DNA from: Schmidtea polychroa
Lineage: Eukaryota
DNA: 64,000 bases
Assembly: GCA_044892525.1 (NCBI GenBank)
Contig: CM097885.1
Coordinates: 161,014,001-161,078,000, forward strand
Reading direction: 5' to 3'
The notes under the pieces are model-generated. The model had not been told where the DNA came from. It did not search any database and worked only from the letters and a program-made list of their open reading frames with translations. Numbering within the stretch: the stretch's first letter is position 1; every line of letters starts with the position of its first letter. Of the stretch, positions 1 through 51,467 are shown in pieces. The position numbers were made by a program, and so were the translations under genes.

Positions 1-3000
1 TTTCCGGTTTCTTTTCTTGGATTGCAGTTGTAAGCTTCAAGATATCATAATGTTTGGACTTCTTTGATTGAAACCTTTATTGTATTCATTATTCTTTATT
101 TGGAGATATATTTCAATGCCAAGCTTGACCTTGCTCCATTGTTGTAGCCTTTGCACAACTTTTTAATTGATTTTTATGTTTAATAGCTGCAATATTTTCG
201 GTTTTCATATTTGTATTAACTTCATCACATTTTATAATTTTTTATTTGACAACAAGAGTTTTTAAATCTAACATGTTCATATCTTTTTTCGACATTTGGA
301 TCTTTTAGTGAATTTTTGGTATAAAACTATTTTCAAATCTTTTTCATTTAAATTATGTCTCAGAATAGTTTTGACTTACCTTTATATTTTTCTAAAAAAA
401 TCTTTGTTTGAACCCGATCCTCCGCTGTAGACTAAAGCAGCATTTGAACCGCTAGCTAAATTCTAATCTTTTAATTTCCTTCATTATTGGTTATTCATTA
501 TCATATTTTCTTATAGCTTCAATTGATAAAAATGCTTTTATGAGTATCCCATGATGTTCTTCGGCTGTTTGTGTTAGTTTGAAGAAATTTTCTGTGTCAT
601 CTCTGATGTCAAAATGTCTGGTGGCTTCAAAAAATTGAAATATTGACATGATCGCCACATTAACCTTTTCAGCCCTACCGGTGGTATTTGCCACAATAAC
701 ATTTACAGGGTTTCATTCTTAATCACTAGATGTCATTTCAATGATTAATTCCTATATCTATGAAGCAAACGAGTTAAAATTTGGTTTTGGAGTTCTTGAT
801 AAGCTTCATATCTATAATAATTAACAAAAAAAGTATTTCTAAATTTAAAAATTCAGCTCGTATAGGGTTATTATCGTTGAAATCCATATTTTTTATTCAT
901 AATTATTGCTTTTAAATATTCAAAAGATTTCTCTAAACTTTATTATTAAAACTACCAACAAACTACTGACTAAAACTTGAAGAATTAATTAAATAATGTG
1001 ATTTCATATTATCTGTCAACATACAAAATTAATATAAATATTATTTAATATATAATATATAATATATAACATATTTAAATTAACGATAAATATATTGTTA
1101 AATTTATCTCATGCATCTCATACATCTCAGCGAGCTTTTAAGCCCTTTATATTTGTATTGAAAATATCTGGATGTGAATTGAGAATTCTTATAGTTTATA
1201 TNNNNNNNNNNNNNNNNNNNNNNNNNNNNNNNNNNNNNNNNNNNNNNNNNNNNNNNNNNNNNNNNNNNNNNNNNNNNNNNNNNNNNNNNNNNNNNNNNNN
1301 NNNNNNNNNNNNNNNNNNNNNNNNNNNNNNNNNNNNNNNNNNNNNNNNNNNNNNNNNNNNNNNNNNNNNNNNNNNNNNNNNNNNNNNNNNNNNNNNNNNN
1401 NNNNNNNNNNNNNNNNNNNNNNNNNNNNNNNNNNNNTAAGTGTAAAATCATCATTTCTTTTATCATGACATATTCTGGTTGCGTCTAAACGACTGACGGA
1501 AACTGATGTTAATAAATCATAATCAACATTAATGAAATAAATAAATGGTGTCTGATTTGCCAGTAAGGTGAAGGGGTAGGCATCTTTTCTGGATGAATTT
1601 CACTGGCATATAAAATATTTATTAATTTCTCTAATTAGACAAAATTGAATTTTTTTTGTTTGAATTTAATTAAATTCTCTAAACAAAAAAATGAAAGAAT
1701 TATGAGCATAATCGGAAATGTGATTTATTATCAATGACAATTAATTGTTTTGTGAGATTAGATTTCATCAAATTCATTTATTCATTTTTGAAACAAGTGT
1801 AAAATTATTTTAATTAAAAATTGTTAATAAATTTATTCTTTGTTTTAAATGCATTATTTAATCCGTCATAATATTAAAATTAATTTAAAATCTTAAATAT
1901 TTAACATTAAAATTTTATTTATTTATAAAATTTAACACATTTGAAAGTGATTATTTTTCAAGGATTTTTTATGGGGATTTTTCATTTTGATTTAACAACT
2001 TTATTATCTAATGTCCCTTATTTTGTATAAAGTTTTATACTTCATTTTTACGTAGGAATGTTTTTTAAAAATAATTTGATACTGATACAAATGCAATAAA
2101 CTTTTATAAATCTGGAAAAAACTTTCAATTTGTTACAAATTTTATTTTAAAAGTTTGGGAAACCTGTGGATAACGTAATATTTTCTCCTATAATCCAACA
2201 GAATTGTTCTTTGGTATTGTTCTTTTCCAATGAAATTTTTTTTAAAATTATTTTTCAATTAAAAAAATTCAAATGTTTGCATTCATCCTTTCTAGAATTT
2301 GCATTAAATGTTGTTGAATAAAAGCTTTAAAGCAACATTTGAAACCGAGATTGCTATGTATGTAGCATTATTGTATTGTGTTTCTGTCCACGAGTTGAAG
2401 CAATTCAAAATAATTCACAGACTCCGAAATTGGTACAAAAATTACCTTTTGAAATGATTACATAATTGATATCCTGCCTGGTAGTACAATATAAATATAG
2501 CCCAATGCCCCAAGTCTCCATATAGGACAGATGTTCTTAATCGGTGCTCGGGGAGAATTTTACAAGTGCTTTCTTAAATATGAAACATCAGCTATTTTAT
2601 AATGATATTTTTTTATTTTAGATTTTTTTTGTAACTAACAGAAATTATAGCAATATTCATTCACATTTATTAGATTTTTTATTAGATTATTAGATTTTTT
2701 GGAAATTTTGTTTTAAAATAGTTTATTAAGAGGTCAAAAATGAAGAAATTATTTATTTGTAATTAATGCAAAATATCTTACTTTTAATAATTTATTTAAT
2801 TGCATCAAATAAAATCTATGAAAGACATTTCTCTTTCAAATTAAAAATTCAGTTAATTTAAACAAATAGTTTGTCAATCGAAAAACTTATTTACGATTCT
2901 CTTTAAAAACAATAGATCAATAAATTCTTATGGATAACAACAATAATTGTCCACATCTTTTATCACGTTTTACGATGACAAAATGTATTTTATTTTTAAA

Positions 3001-3967
3001 AAAGGTAAAATATTTGTTTTTAATATCTTTTGCATGTCATTTTTATCATCACATTTTTATAGCATAGTCAATACCTTGGAAGGAACAATATGTATTTTTA
3101 TGTATTATTTGCGTCATGTATTTTCTAGTTTATACATATACATTTTTCATATGTCAAAAGTTGAATATAAAACACATTTACATTTATAATAAAAATTATT
3201 AATAAATATTTATGGTTTCTTGGTAGCAAGATATTGTGAATGATATGCAATAAATGAGCAACAGTAGTGAGTAATATGAAATAATCCTATAAAATCATAA
3301 AGGTAAAAAGAGAAAAATATTCAATGGAAATGATTACAGCATTGCCTAAGATTCGGATTAGATTGAAAAAGATGATTTTATAATCGAAAGTTCGCTTCCT
3401 ATTGTTACTTATTAACAATTATTATAATGATTTAAAACAAAATATAGAAATATGCCAAATTTTCCTAAAACTTTTTCTTTATAAATTTTTTAATTTTATT
3501 AAAATTTTATAATTGATTGTATAGCGTAAAAACACGAAATTAAAGTGGGATAGTTCTGAATTTATTAATTACTAGATATAATCTTGCCCAACAAAAACAT
3601 CTGAGTTTTTTCCCAAATAGATTTTCCAAGTAGTTTTCATTTAATAAAGGCTTGAGAATTTATTAGCGCTTTGAGAGTAAAAATTATCACGTAATCAGAA
3701 TAAATTGCGGCCTTTCTCCGAAAATTTTACCACTTGATAAAAATATTTGTCCGTTCATTTCCCTGGATCTGAGTGATAAATTTTGTTTTAATTTTTATGA
3801 AAAATCAATTTTATAATTTCTTTGTTTTCAACAAGTAATATAAACAAAGTATGGACAAAAGATGAATAAGGAAAAGGTAAGTTATGAAAAAAATCAAAAA
3901 AAACAATGAAATGCAATGATATAAAATTAAACTTTTTGATGATTTTCTTTTTCTTTTTTTTGTTTAG

Positions 3968-42672
<38,705 letters not shown>

Positions 42673-42859
42673 TCGGATTGACTGTTATTTGTGCCTTTGT
42701 GTTTACTTAATTGCTTATTTAATTTTTACTATTTTACAAAAGTTGTAATTGATAATACAGTTCTTTTTCCTTAAAGGCGTTAGCGCAACATTTTTAAGTG
42801 ATTATAATTTCAGAATTTAGTTAAGTCTAACCTTTACCATGAACATTTTCACACTCGTG

Positions 42860-43460
42860 CGTCTTTGTGACTTCAACATTTTAACGTTTACTTAAAATAC
42901 TTTTTACATGCTCGTTGTCTACACATGCTCCTCTGAATGATTTGAACTTGTATTGTATCAAGAAGATGTGTCTTACAAACATGTGAAAGAACAGATTGCC
43001 CTGGCAGGAATAAGAGTCTTTGGAAATCATCTATGGTATTTAAATAAACACTTTTTTGAATTAGCTCTCTTCGAGGATCGCATATTGCATGCAACAAAGT
43101 GTAAAATGGTGCAAGTACTACAAACACCAAGTTTTTAAAAAAAGGTAGTACACGTCTTCAGCCTAAAGAAGAAACTATAGTGTGAAAAACAATTCAAAAT
43201 TTTATCACTAGCAAAGTTTTTCTCGCCTTGAAAAATTTGGCTTTCAGTCATCATTTTATGGAAACCGATCAAAGTATTGGGGAGACAAAAGAAGTATTCC
43301 AACTAGTCAAGTCAAGAGCTTGATCTTTACAAATATTAAATGATGCAGCCGCAAGGGGTTACTCTTTGATTAAATTTTTCAACAACATCCTATGTAAGGA
43401 TGAATGATAAAAACAATTTCTTTTGCAAGTTGTCGATCTCTTAAGAATGCACTCTACAAC
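42860..43460 (+). mobile_element. Degenerate DNA transposase C-terminus (hATm-like) just 3' of the copine stop
   Basis: APLNDL, HLWYLNKHFFELALFEDR and LQILNDAAARGYSLIKFFNNILCKDE**KQFLLQVV; the superfamily label is from memory. Confidence 0.6.
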
Positions 43461-43832
43461 CATGGGCAATCACATTCAGAAACTTTGCATCTGCATTATT
43501 TATTTAATAACATTAATTTTACATTTAAACAATAAATAATCTCCATTTGGAATGATTGTAGTCATACATGTAGTAAAAGTAGTAACAGACTTGCGCAACC
43601 TCTAAATGAAGGATGTCTGTTCTAATATTTTCCATACTTGTTTCCAACTCTAAAAGGTATAAAATTAGATGGTGAGACTTTGAGAAAAAACAACTTTCAT
43701 TTTTCATTGGCACTCTAATGAACAAGCATTTTTTTCATAGATTTCAATTTTTTACATGTCTGTGAAACTTAAACAAAAATACAATAACGACAACAAAATT
43801 CACATTTTTTTCACGGATAGCGGCAGTTAGTA

Positions 43833-44131
43833 CACCCGTTTGCAGTGAATAAACGCATCTATGACACAGGCTGGTGTGTACAACCAATTATAGAAATTAT
43901 GTCTTCATTCAAAGTTGAATTTTCGAAATTTTCATCAAAATATTTTCGGTCATTTTATTCTAAGTATTTCTCTAAATGATTTATTATAGTGCGTTTATTC
44001 ATTACAACGATTCTACATATCAAAATGTTGAATGCATTTTTACTATGAGTTGTGTTTGTGTGTGTCAGTTTATTTTTTTTACAACTTTTTCAGTTTCTAT
44101 ATTAAATGCGTTTATTCATTACAAACGGGTG
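43833..44131. mobile_element. Tc1-family MITE related to 13373-15318
   Basis: TIRs CACCCGTTTGCAGTGAATAAACGCAT / ATGCGTTTATTCATTACAAACGGGTG; left flank TA. Confidence 0.8.
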
Positions 44132-44862
44132 TGTATGAATTTGCGAGTTCAAATATCAACCAGTGGCACTATTTTGTTTACAGAACTGAACATTAGTAAA
44201 TGTGAAAATTAAAATTCTAGAAGTTTTTAAAATGCTGGAAGAATAGTTCGCTTATATTTTGTTTTTGAATATTGTAGTTCACAAAAATTGTAGTAATTAG
44301 GATATAGATCAAGGATATAGTTATTACAAAGTTCCACATATTTTAGTTATTTTATTATTGTAATATTATGGTTTACTACCTTTATTTTATTATTTAAACT
44401 ATCTGAAATGCGGGGAGGCAACTAGTTTGTATCATATTATTATAACCGTAGAACACAACTATTAAGGGGTAAATGGAGTGTGAAAAATGCTTGCATTCAA
44501 CAAAATATTACAATAATCTTTCGAGTCACTTACAAGCATTTATTGTTACGTAAATTATGTCAATTATTATTTTAAATTATATTATTAAATAAAAATTCCG
44601 AAAATTACATGATTTAATTTTATATTTTGGTTTCAGCTTTGATATTTTTTTAATTCAATAATTTTTATATTAAAATATGTAATACTAAAACAAAATGAAA
44701 GTTATAAGATGCACTTCAAATTTGCTAATATAATGTTGATCTAAAATTTTTATTTTTATATCAAAAGTCAAATTTTTAACTTGTTAAAGTAATTTAGTCT
44801 TAAATTATCGAAAAAAGATCACGAAATTGTAATGGAAATAAAACAACATTGATTACCTTGAT

Positions 44863-45466
44863 CAGCGCCGTACTATCGCAAGTGCAACAAGTGCAATCGC
44901 ACTGGGCCCCCTATTTTTGAGGGGCCCCAAATATTAAATACATTAGAAAAACTTCTCCAATACCATAAATTACTACGAATTGAAAGAAAAAAAAAAATTT
45001 GAAAATTCAAAATTCGTTTAACTTTCAAAAAAAATCTAGTTGGCAACGATTTAATTTGAAACAAATATACCTAATTATGCAGAATTTTCAATTCATTTTA
45101 GAAAGGAATTTGGAAGAATTATATCCAAATGTATGTATCGTATATCGAATAATTTTAACAATACCCATTACAGTTGCTCATTGTGAACGATCGTTTTCAA
45201 AATTAAAATTAATTGAAAATTATCTACGGTCTACTATGTCGCAGGAAAGACTTTCTGGATTAGCAATACTGTCAATTGAAAATGCAACAGCCAGAACAAT
45301 TGATTACAATGACATAATTGATGAATTTGCCAGCAAAAGAGCTAGAAAAATTACTTTATAATTGCTATTATTTTTTTAAATACAATCAATAAAAAATTTA
45401 TTCAAATTTAAAAAAAAAATTTTTTAGTTTCTGCACAGGGCCCCCAAAAGTTACAGCACGGCGCTG
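44863..45466 (+). mobile_element. Non-autonomous hAT element retaining the hATC dimerisation domain
   Basis: TIRs CAGCGCCGT(A/G)C with a perfect 8-bp TSD accttgat; [42 protein letters not shown]. Confidence 0.93.
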
Positions 45467-46060
45467 ACCTTGATTCAGAGGATAAATTTGATTCTTTTGG
45501 ATGAAGCTTCCCTTCAATTATAGAGTTCTAATCCGGAATGATCAGCGCTTGTTGTTGGCTTTTATATCTACTTTTAAAAGTGTTTTATAAACAGTTTTAA
45601 AGTTTTAGAAAAAAATTTTAGACGGATTTTGTACGTTTTTATAATGAAAACCGTTGATTAAGGGGTGAAATAATTGCATCTTTAATTTAAATAGTATCAG
45701 TAGCAAATTGCATTATTTTTCAGACAAATTTTTACAGAAAAACAGCATGCTTGAGCAATGGCATCGAAGTCGGCAATTGTCTCTTTGACACGCTATAAAT
45801 GAAATAAAATGATTTTCTCCTAATCGCTTTGCGTCTCGTAATAAAACACATTAATAAAAACAAAGTTGGTTGAAGTTTTTCTCAAAATTGTTTTATTAAA
45901 ACAATTTTTATAAAATATTTTAGCTGAATAAAAATAATAAAATAAATAAAAAATCATATTCAGAATAGAATTAAAGATTTTTTTTAATTTTCGGTTTTGA
46001 TTTGAGAAATAAATTTAAATTATTTAAATTATTTAAATTAAAAGTTTGTCTTAGAAATTT

Positions 46061-46753
46061 TCAATAATTAACTGCATTTAAAACCGACATATTTATAAAT
46101 CTGTGTATGTTATCTTTGATTTCTAAAGGAACGTCTGAACAACTTGTCTCGTAGTACTGGAACATTTTTATTATTGTTGAGTATGTTAAATTATTGTCAA
46201 TATGATGGAACCAGGATTTTCCATCCATTTCATCGAGGTCCAAATTGTTGATACTGAGAAACATAAAAACACTCAATGCTAAAGTTTCTTCATTTGAATA
46301 ATTTATTTTCATATCTGTGATGTATAAAATGCTTTTCCATATGCAAAGGATTCTGTTTACAAAATTATCAGAGATGTCATAAAGTTTAGCAAATTTTTCC
46401 AATGCCTTGGTGCAAGAAATGTAATTTAAGTTGTCAAAATTGGTATAATTTATGATCACTTTTTCCATATTTGATATTTCTTTTTCAAATTCTAGTTTGT
46501 GTAACATTGATAAATTTTCATTTGGTCTTGTTGCAACCTTAATGATGCTGGATAAATCGACTTTTATTTCTTGATATTTGCAGTTTAAATGGATGCACGC
46601 TATGACGGAGGTTACTACTGGAGGTGTTTCCTTGCACTTCTGTAAAAAGATCTGCATTGTGTTAACAGATGCGTCTATTACAACATTTGGTAGATTTAAT
46701 TGAATTCCTACTTTTTGAATTAATGAGTTTACTAAAGCTCTTTTTTGATTCAT
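46061..46753 (-). CDS. Intronless, highly diverged transcriptional cyclin (cyclin T/K-like), cyclin folds only, 230 aa
   Basis: Intact ORF with AAAATG start. LIQKVGIQLNL (cf. LQDMGQRLNV), IACIHLNCKYQE (cf. LFLAAKVEE), MEKVIINYTNF (cf. LE.IILQTLGF), DGKSWFHHIDNNLT (cf. cyclin T DGKHWWEYVDATVT). Confidence 0.7.
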   Translation of the reverse strand: MNQKRALVNSLIQKVGIQLNLPNVVIDASVNTMQIFLQKCKETPPVVTSVIACIHLNCKYQEIKVDLSSIIKVATRPNENLSMLHKLEFEKEISNMEKVIINYTNFDNLNYISCTKALEKFAKLYDISDNFVNRILCIWKSILYITDMKINYSNEETLALSVFMFLSINNLDLDEMDGKSWFHHIDNNLTYSTIIKMFQYYETSCSDVPLEIKDNIHRFINMSVLNAVNY

Positions 46754-47106
46754 TTTTCAAATATTTATTAAATTATTTACTATTATTTCTAAATAATAAA
46801 TTTTCAATAATTAATTTTAATTTTCAGCCAATCAAAATTTTGATAAATATCTAATTAAATTTTAAATTTATTTAAAATTTTTTTAATTAAATATTAATTA
46901 TTAATATGAGTTCAAAGATTTTTAAATATGGTTTTGGATACTGCGGAAATTTATCTATTAATANNNNNNNNNNNNNNNNNNNNNNNNNNNNNNNNNNNNN
47001 NNNNNNNNNNNNNNNNNNNNNNNNNNNNNNNNNNNNNNNNNNNNNNNNNNNNNNNNNNNNNNNNNNNNNNNNNNNNNNNNNNNNNNNNNNNNNNNNNNNN
47101 NNNNNN

Positions 47107-47770
47107 TTGGTAAAATCAATAAAAGTGCGAAATTAATTAAAACTTGCTATAAATCAAAAATCAATATTGAACTGGGGTATCGGGTATAGTTGAACGCCAA
47201 ACTGATAGACGAGTTCAGAAATTATAATGAAAATTTAATAAGGGGTTCACGGGGAAAGTTAATACGGAAAAACTAATTAATTAAAATTGAAATGGAAAGC
47301 CCGAGCCCATGGGAAACCCTACCGGTGAAGGAAACCCGATGCACAGTGAGACCCAGTCGATCAAATAAGAGAGGGAATATTCCGAGCGCCAATCTAAAAT
47401 AATTAATTAATCTAAGATAATTAATTGCAATTCTGTAGATAATTGCCATTTCAGAAACAGTATAAAAAGAGAGCTCAGAAACAGCCAGTTGGTCGAAAAA
47501 ACAAAGAGAAGCTAAGAGAATCAGGCGATCGGTGATCAGAGAACGAGATATCGTAATTGGAAAATGTTTAATCCTCGTACCAGAAAGTTGATTTATATTG
47601 AGCAAAAGGTGCAAATATAGTGACAAATTGTAATTTGATTGGAATTGAATAAAGTTATTCTATGTTAGATTTCAATTTATTTGTTTAAATAAGAACACGA
47701 AGGAGTCACACTTTAAAAATGAAACCCAGCAATATTTTGAAACCGTTACATTGGCTATTTAGCCATGAAC
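47107..47770 (+). mobile_element. LTR-like segment with a possible PBS
   Basis: Purine-rich U3-like region, TATAAAA at about 47461 and AATAAA at about 47648; ends ...gttaCA at 47750, followed by tTGG; the 5' end probably lies in the gap. Confidence 0.45.
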
Positions 47771-47824
47771 CTATATATGGATTTAAGATAAAATATCATT
47801 AAATAGATAAAAAGATAAATATCA

Positions 47825-49212
47825 AAAATACGGCCGTTACAGATTTAGACAAGTTAATGAACTGTCATTTAAATGAGAATTGTAATGTATAAATAAGGTG
47901 TAACTGGTGCCCACATTACCTTAATGGGTTCAGATATAAGAATGATTTTGATCAGCATGTTGCTCTATGCTGTAAGAATCAGACTGGCACAACACTTTAT
48001 ACACTCCCCAAAATTAAAGATTTACTACTGACTATTCAAAAACAGTTACACCTCTCTTTGTGATTTATGCCGATTTTGAATCGGTTTTACCAGAACATAT
48101 CATACATCATTCAATTCATTTACCCATATCAGCAGGTCTTTTACTTATAAATAATTACAATCACACTAAATTTTATTTTGACTTTTTGGGACCGAATTGT
48201 ATTTTTGAATTTTTAAGGAAGGTGGAGGAAGTTGCTATCACAATTGTCCTGTCATATTATGATCTCGAAGGTCATAAAGGCATGTCTACTTTGTCTTTTG
48301 CTCAGGAGCGTGCCTTTCGAGCTAGCACAATTTGTTATTTGTGCAAAAAATATATAATTAGTCCTGTTAAAGATCATTGCCATTTCACCGGTAGATATGT
48401 AGGAGCTGCATGAAGAAAATGCAATGTCTCGGAGGATAAATAAATTATTACCGGTAGTTTTTCATAATTTAAGAGGCTATGATTTGCACCATAATTTGAA
48501 ACATGGCCTCGGTGATTTTTCCACTTGGGAGTTGAATATTATTCCTACTTCAACAAGAAATTTATTTCTTTAATTGCTTATATTTACAAATTGCCTGTTC
48601 GTTTTATTGACATCAAGCAATTTGTTAATTATTCTTTAGCCAAAGGTGTGAAAACTCTTACTACTTTTCCTTTAACTTCGTCTGTCTTTCAAGGATCGAC
48701 AATTCATTCGAAAGGTATCTTTGCGTATAATTTTGCAACTTCTTTGGATGTGCTTGAGTCTACTTTGGAATAAACCCCTATTTGCTCTGATGTTACGGAA
48801 GATGATTACACTAAGGCTCAACTAATTTGGAGACAGCATAACTGTAATAATATGTTAGAGTACATTTTAACGTATCTCAAATTAGACGTATACCTCCTTG
48901 CAGATTATTTTCAGCAATTCCGTGGAAAGGCAATTGCTTACAATGGTCTGGATCCACTTAATTTCTATGGGATTCCTGGTATGTCATGGACCTATTATTT
49001 ACATTTATTATTTACCATTATTTACATTTAAAAACTCGAAAATTGCCCTATCATATAATGACGATAAGCGCGCGTGGATAGGGGAAAATATAAGTTTTGC
49101 ATTTGGTCACTATTTAGGAGTTGATGACCTTAGCGATAATGATGATTATGAATTCGGACCAGCTCCAAGTCCCAGTTTCAATGACAGCTCATGGGATGAA
49201 AAAGATCAATAG
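47825..49212 (+). pseudogene. Protein-primed PolB, copy 2 (5'-truncated; polymerase core deleted; several stops and frameshifts)
   Basis: Homologous to copy 1 (NWCPH, KNQTGTTLYTLPK, IYADFE, KDHCHFTGRYVGAA, HNLRGYD). It also has KGIFAY and YLKLDVYLLADYF...GLDPLNFYGIPGMSW, then jumps to FTFKNSKIALSYNDDKR. Confidence 0.88.
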
Positions 49213-49818
49213 AAAATTATATTTTGTGATAAGAATTTGTATAAAATATTATAAAAACTTGTATATTCCAAACATTGTAATAAAAACTTTATAAAAAAGT
49301 GATTATCGAAATTTTGTATATTTTGAATAATACTCGGAATAAATGGCCTCAGTGATTTTGCCACTAAGGCCATTTAACTTTTCTTTTCTTTCACTTTTAA
49401 GTTTTCTTTAATATAAAACATTTTATAAGTATTTTAGTTTTATATATTTTAGTTTTTATATGTTTTTATATGTTTTCAAAGTTTATTTTTATAATAATGA
49501 ATTAAAGCCAGTTTTTTTATAAGTATTGTAAAGTTGATTATAAGAAAAGTTTAGTTTTCATTAATATAAAAATTTTTATAGTATTTTAGTTTTATATATT
49601 TTAATTTTTATATGTTTTTANNNNNNNNNNNNNNNNNNNNNNNNNNNNNNNNNNNNNNNNNNNNNNNNNNNNNNNNNNNNNNNNNNNNNNNNNNNNNNNN
49701 NNNNNNNNNNNNNNNNNNNNNNNNNNNNNNNNNNNNNNNNNNNNNNNNNNNNTACGGATGTCTAACATTAAAATAATATAAACATTACAAGCTTTGGGAT
49801 ACCCAGTGCAAATCCCAA

Positions 49819-49858
49819 TAGTAGACTAGTTTCGAGCTTTTGACTCTCATCAGTACTA
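49819..49858 (-). ncRNA. Minimal type I hammerhead ribozyme (Penelope-associated type)
   Basis: Reverse complement: UAGUA-CUGAUGA-GAG/ucaaaag/CUC-GAAA-CUAG-UC-UACUA. It has a 5-bp stem I, an intact core, a 3-bp stem II, palindromic stem III ACUAGU and a GUC cleavage triplet. Confidence 0.85.
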
Positions 49859-50187
49859 AGCAGGAAACGCGAAGATTTCTCTTTGCGCCAGGTAAGAATA
49901 CAATATTTCTGATTCAACACTATTGCATATTTTCCCTGTTACACTGGAAATCGCATCACTTGGAAATTAGCTAAATCACAGAAAAAATATCTGCAAACTT
50001 GAAAACATGGCGTATGAAAATTCATATTCGCCTCTGGAGACACCAACTATACACAGAAACGTTTTACAATTGCATCCGCAAACTTTTGGCATTTTTTACT
50101 TGTAATAGAGCAAAATATTTACTAATAATGTTGAGGATACCTAAATAATAATTCATAAAGAAATAAATAAAATTACCTGGGGGAAGA

Positions 50188-51155
50188 TCGCCATGACAAA
50201 CGGGACGATCTATAGAGACTCAGAAAAGAAAACGGAAGTGAAAAGAAATCAAAAATGAGAAAGAGAAAGGAAATAAAAGTTATCAAACAGGAAAATAAAG
50301 ATCAAGGTCAGTACTAATTAATTAGTACAAAAAGGAAAAGGAATTTTGAAATCGGGGAAAAAGAAAAACAACAATATCCTTATCTCGACAGCTTGTGAGT
50401 GATAATAGAATTGATGGGAGAAGGCGGCCAAACAAGAAAGGAAAAATGGAAAAACAACTTGACAGCTGTCAGAGATAAAAATGGGACAGTCGGGGAAAGC
50501 AGGAGATGGAAAGTGGAAAAACACTTGATTATCTGGAGTGCCACAAAAGAAGCGAACTATATAAGGGAAAACTGGTGAACATGAAATTAGAACAAAAGAG
50601 AGAACAAAAAGAGACGACAAGTTTAGAGGGAAAATTAGAGACAATTTGAGAGACGATTTGAGATACGATTTGGAAGACGATTTGAGATACGATTTGAGAA
50701 ATAGAATTATTGGAGAAAATTAGACGTTGGAGGAAACGTTGTTGGACAAACGATTGTCAAAATAATTGTAAAGGAAATAATTGTGGAAAATAATTATTGG
50801 AGAAGAGTTGAAGAGAAGAATTAGTTGAATAATAAAACGAGAAGAAGTTATTGATTATTTGAATAAAGTTTGAAAGAAAGTCAAAGAAAACAATCAGCTT
50901 AAAATCCCAGTATAAAAACCAATCAGTAATTTGTGATCTTTTAATCCGGTGTTATACATAAGTGCTATTCCTCACCGAGTGTTGTAATAAGCATTGTATA
51001 GTCACCAAGTAGTGTTGAATTTATTGTCAGTGTCAAGTGAAAGTTTATTTCTGATTATCAATAAAGATTTCTGTTGTCAAGTGTTATTTGTGAATTATAT
51101 AAAGACACGCTTGGAGTCAGAGTAACATTAAATTTCATCACCAACTCAATAACCC

Positions 51156-51157
<2 letters not shown>
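50188..51157 (+). mobile_element. Gypsy-like LTR preceded by a polypurine tract
   Basis: PPT gggggaaga at 50179-50187; colinear with 25352-25986; the 3' end runs into (TAA)n. Confidence 0.7.
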
Positions 51158-51237
<80 letters not shown>

Positions 51238-51467
51238 TTAATATTAATAATAATGAGTCAATCATGAGTGGTAGTATTTTATCATATTGTAACTTTTGAT
51301 TGTTTATAAATAAAAGAAATATTTTTGTTTAAATAACATATTAAATTAATTAAGTTTAAGTTTCAATAACGAATTTATTAGTGAAATTTTACTTTTTTAT
51401 TTTTTATTATTAATATATCAATGTTAAATTTAAAATCAATGAATTATTACCGTGAAAAGGTTTCCCA

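Noticed and set aside
1-800. Coding-like - strand region including ORF 491-694
   Set aside because: Multiple stops and no recognisable motif.
1095-1466. ORFs spanning N runs (also 23202-23607, 27191-27511, 37072-37317, 40047-40518, 46906-47136)
   Set aside because: They are open only because of assembly gaps.
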